From positions 1 to 26,980 of the forward strand of contig JANRJA010000008.1 in assembly GCA_033764315.1 (NCBI GenBank): a DNA stretch of 26,980 nucleotides, written 5' to 3'. Origin of the DNA: Oculatellaceae cyanobacterium bins.114. GTDB lineage: Bacteria; Cyanobacteriota; Cyanobacteriia; Elainellales; Elainellaceae. Under the pieces are notes generated by a model. That model worked only from the letters and a program-made list of their open reading frames with translations. It was not told the DNA's origin and did not search any database. Below, piece after piece: positions 26,841-26,980 of this stretch. The first letter of the stretch is position 1, and every line of letters begins with the position of its first letter. Position numbers and translations under genes: made by a program.

Positions 26841-26980
26841 CAGGGTGGTTTCATTTATGGGGATAAAAATCAAAATGGATTGAGGTGCATTGGCTTCAAC
26901 CATGACTCAACCTCAAACCCTCAATCTCATCGAACACCTCAAACAAATTCCAGACTACCGCAAAGGCAAAGGCAAACGAC
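26841..26980 (+). mobile_element. Left end of an ISAs1-family-like insertion sequence with the transposase start (26902 to beyond 26980)
   Basis: Terminal CAGGGTGGTTTCATT, then MTQPQTLNLIEHLKQIPDYRKGKGKR. This matches the 'L..l..ipD.R...GkRH' N-terminus of ISAs1 (H-repeat) transposases. Confidence 0.8.

Noticed and set aside
1..26980. Whole window as a composite transposon or recent genomic island
   Set aside because: The two IS ends appear to belong to different families, the interior has core genes (trmB, putA, mlaE), and HIP1 sites occur throughout.

Overview
A cyanobacterial chromosomal segment, judged from abundant HIP1 octamers (GCGATCGC) and cyanobacterial-type genes and repeats. It is bounded by two partial insertion sequences: an IS4-like right end at 1-139, which cuts off the 3' end of an AAA-like ATPase gene, and an ISAs1-like left end at 26841-26980. 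The left half has a tandem pair of AAA_35-like (STAND-related) ATPase genes. Divergent from these is a seven-gene, same-strand cluster I do not recognise as a described system: a PpiC-type PPIase, four ~300-aa acidic all-helical proteins with amphipathic or hydrophobic C-termini, a membrane Ser/Thr kinase with a WD40 domain, and an FHA protein that looks like a degenerate dynamin-like GTPase with a membrane hairpin. The middle holds ordinary genes (NUDIX hydrolase, metallophosphoesterase, trmB, PMT-family glycosyltransferase, a hypothetical gene). Next is a decayed type III-like CRISPR-Cas locus: a cas1 3' remnant, a leader, an array of 8 repeats and 7 spacers, and a probable cas10/cmr2 5' remnant. 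The right end holds mlaE, a hydrolase-like gene, a small membrane protein and putA. All family calls are by motif recognition by eye; no searches were run.
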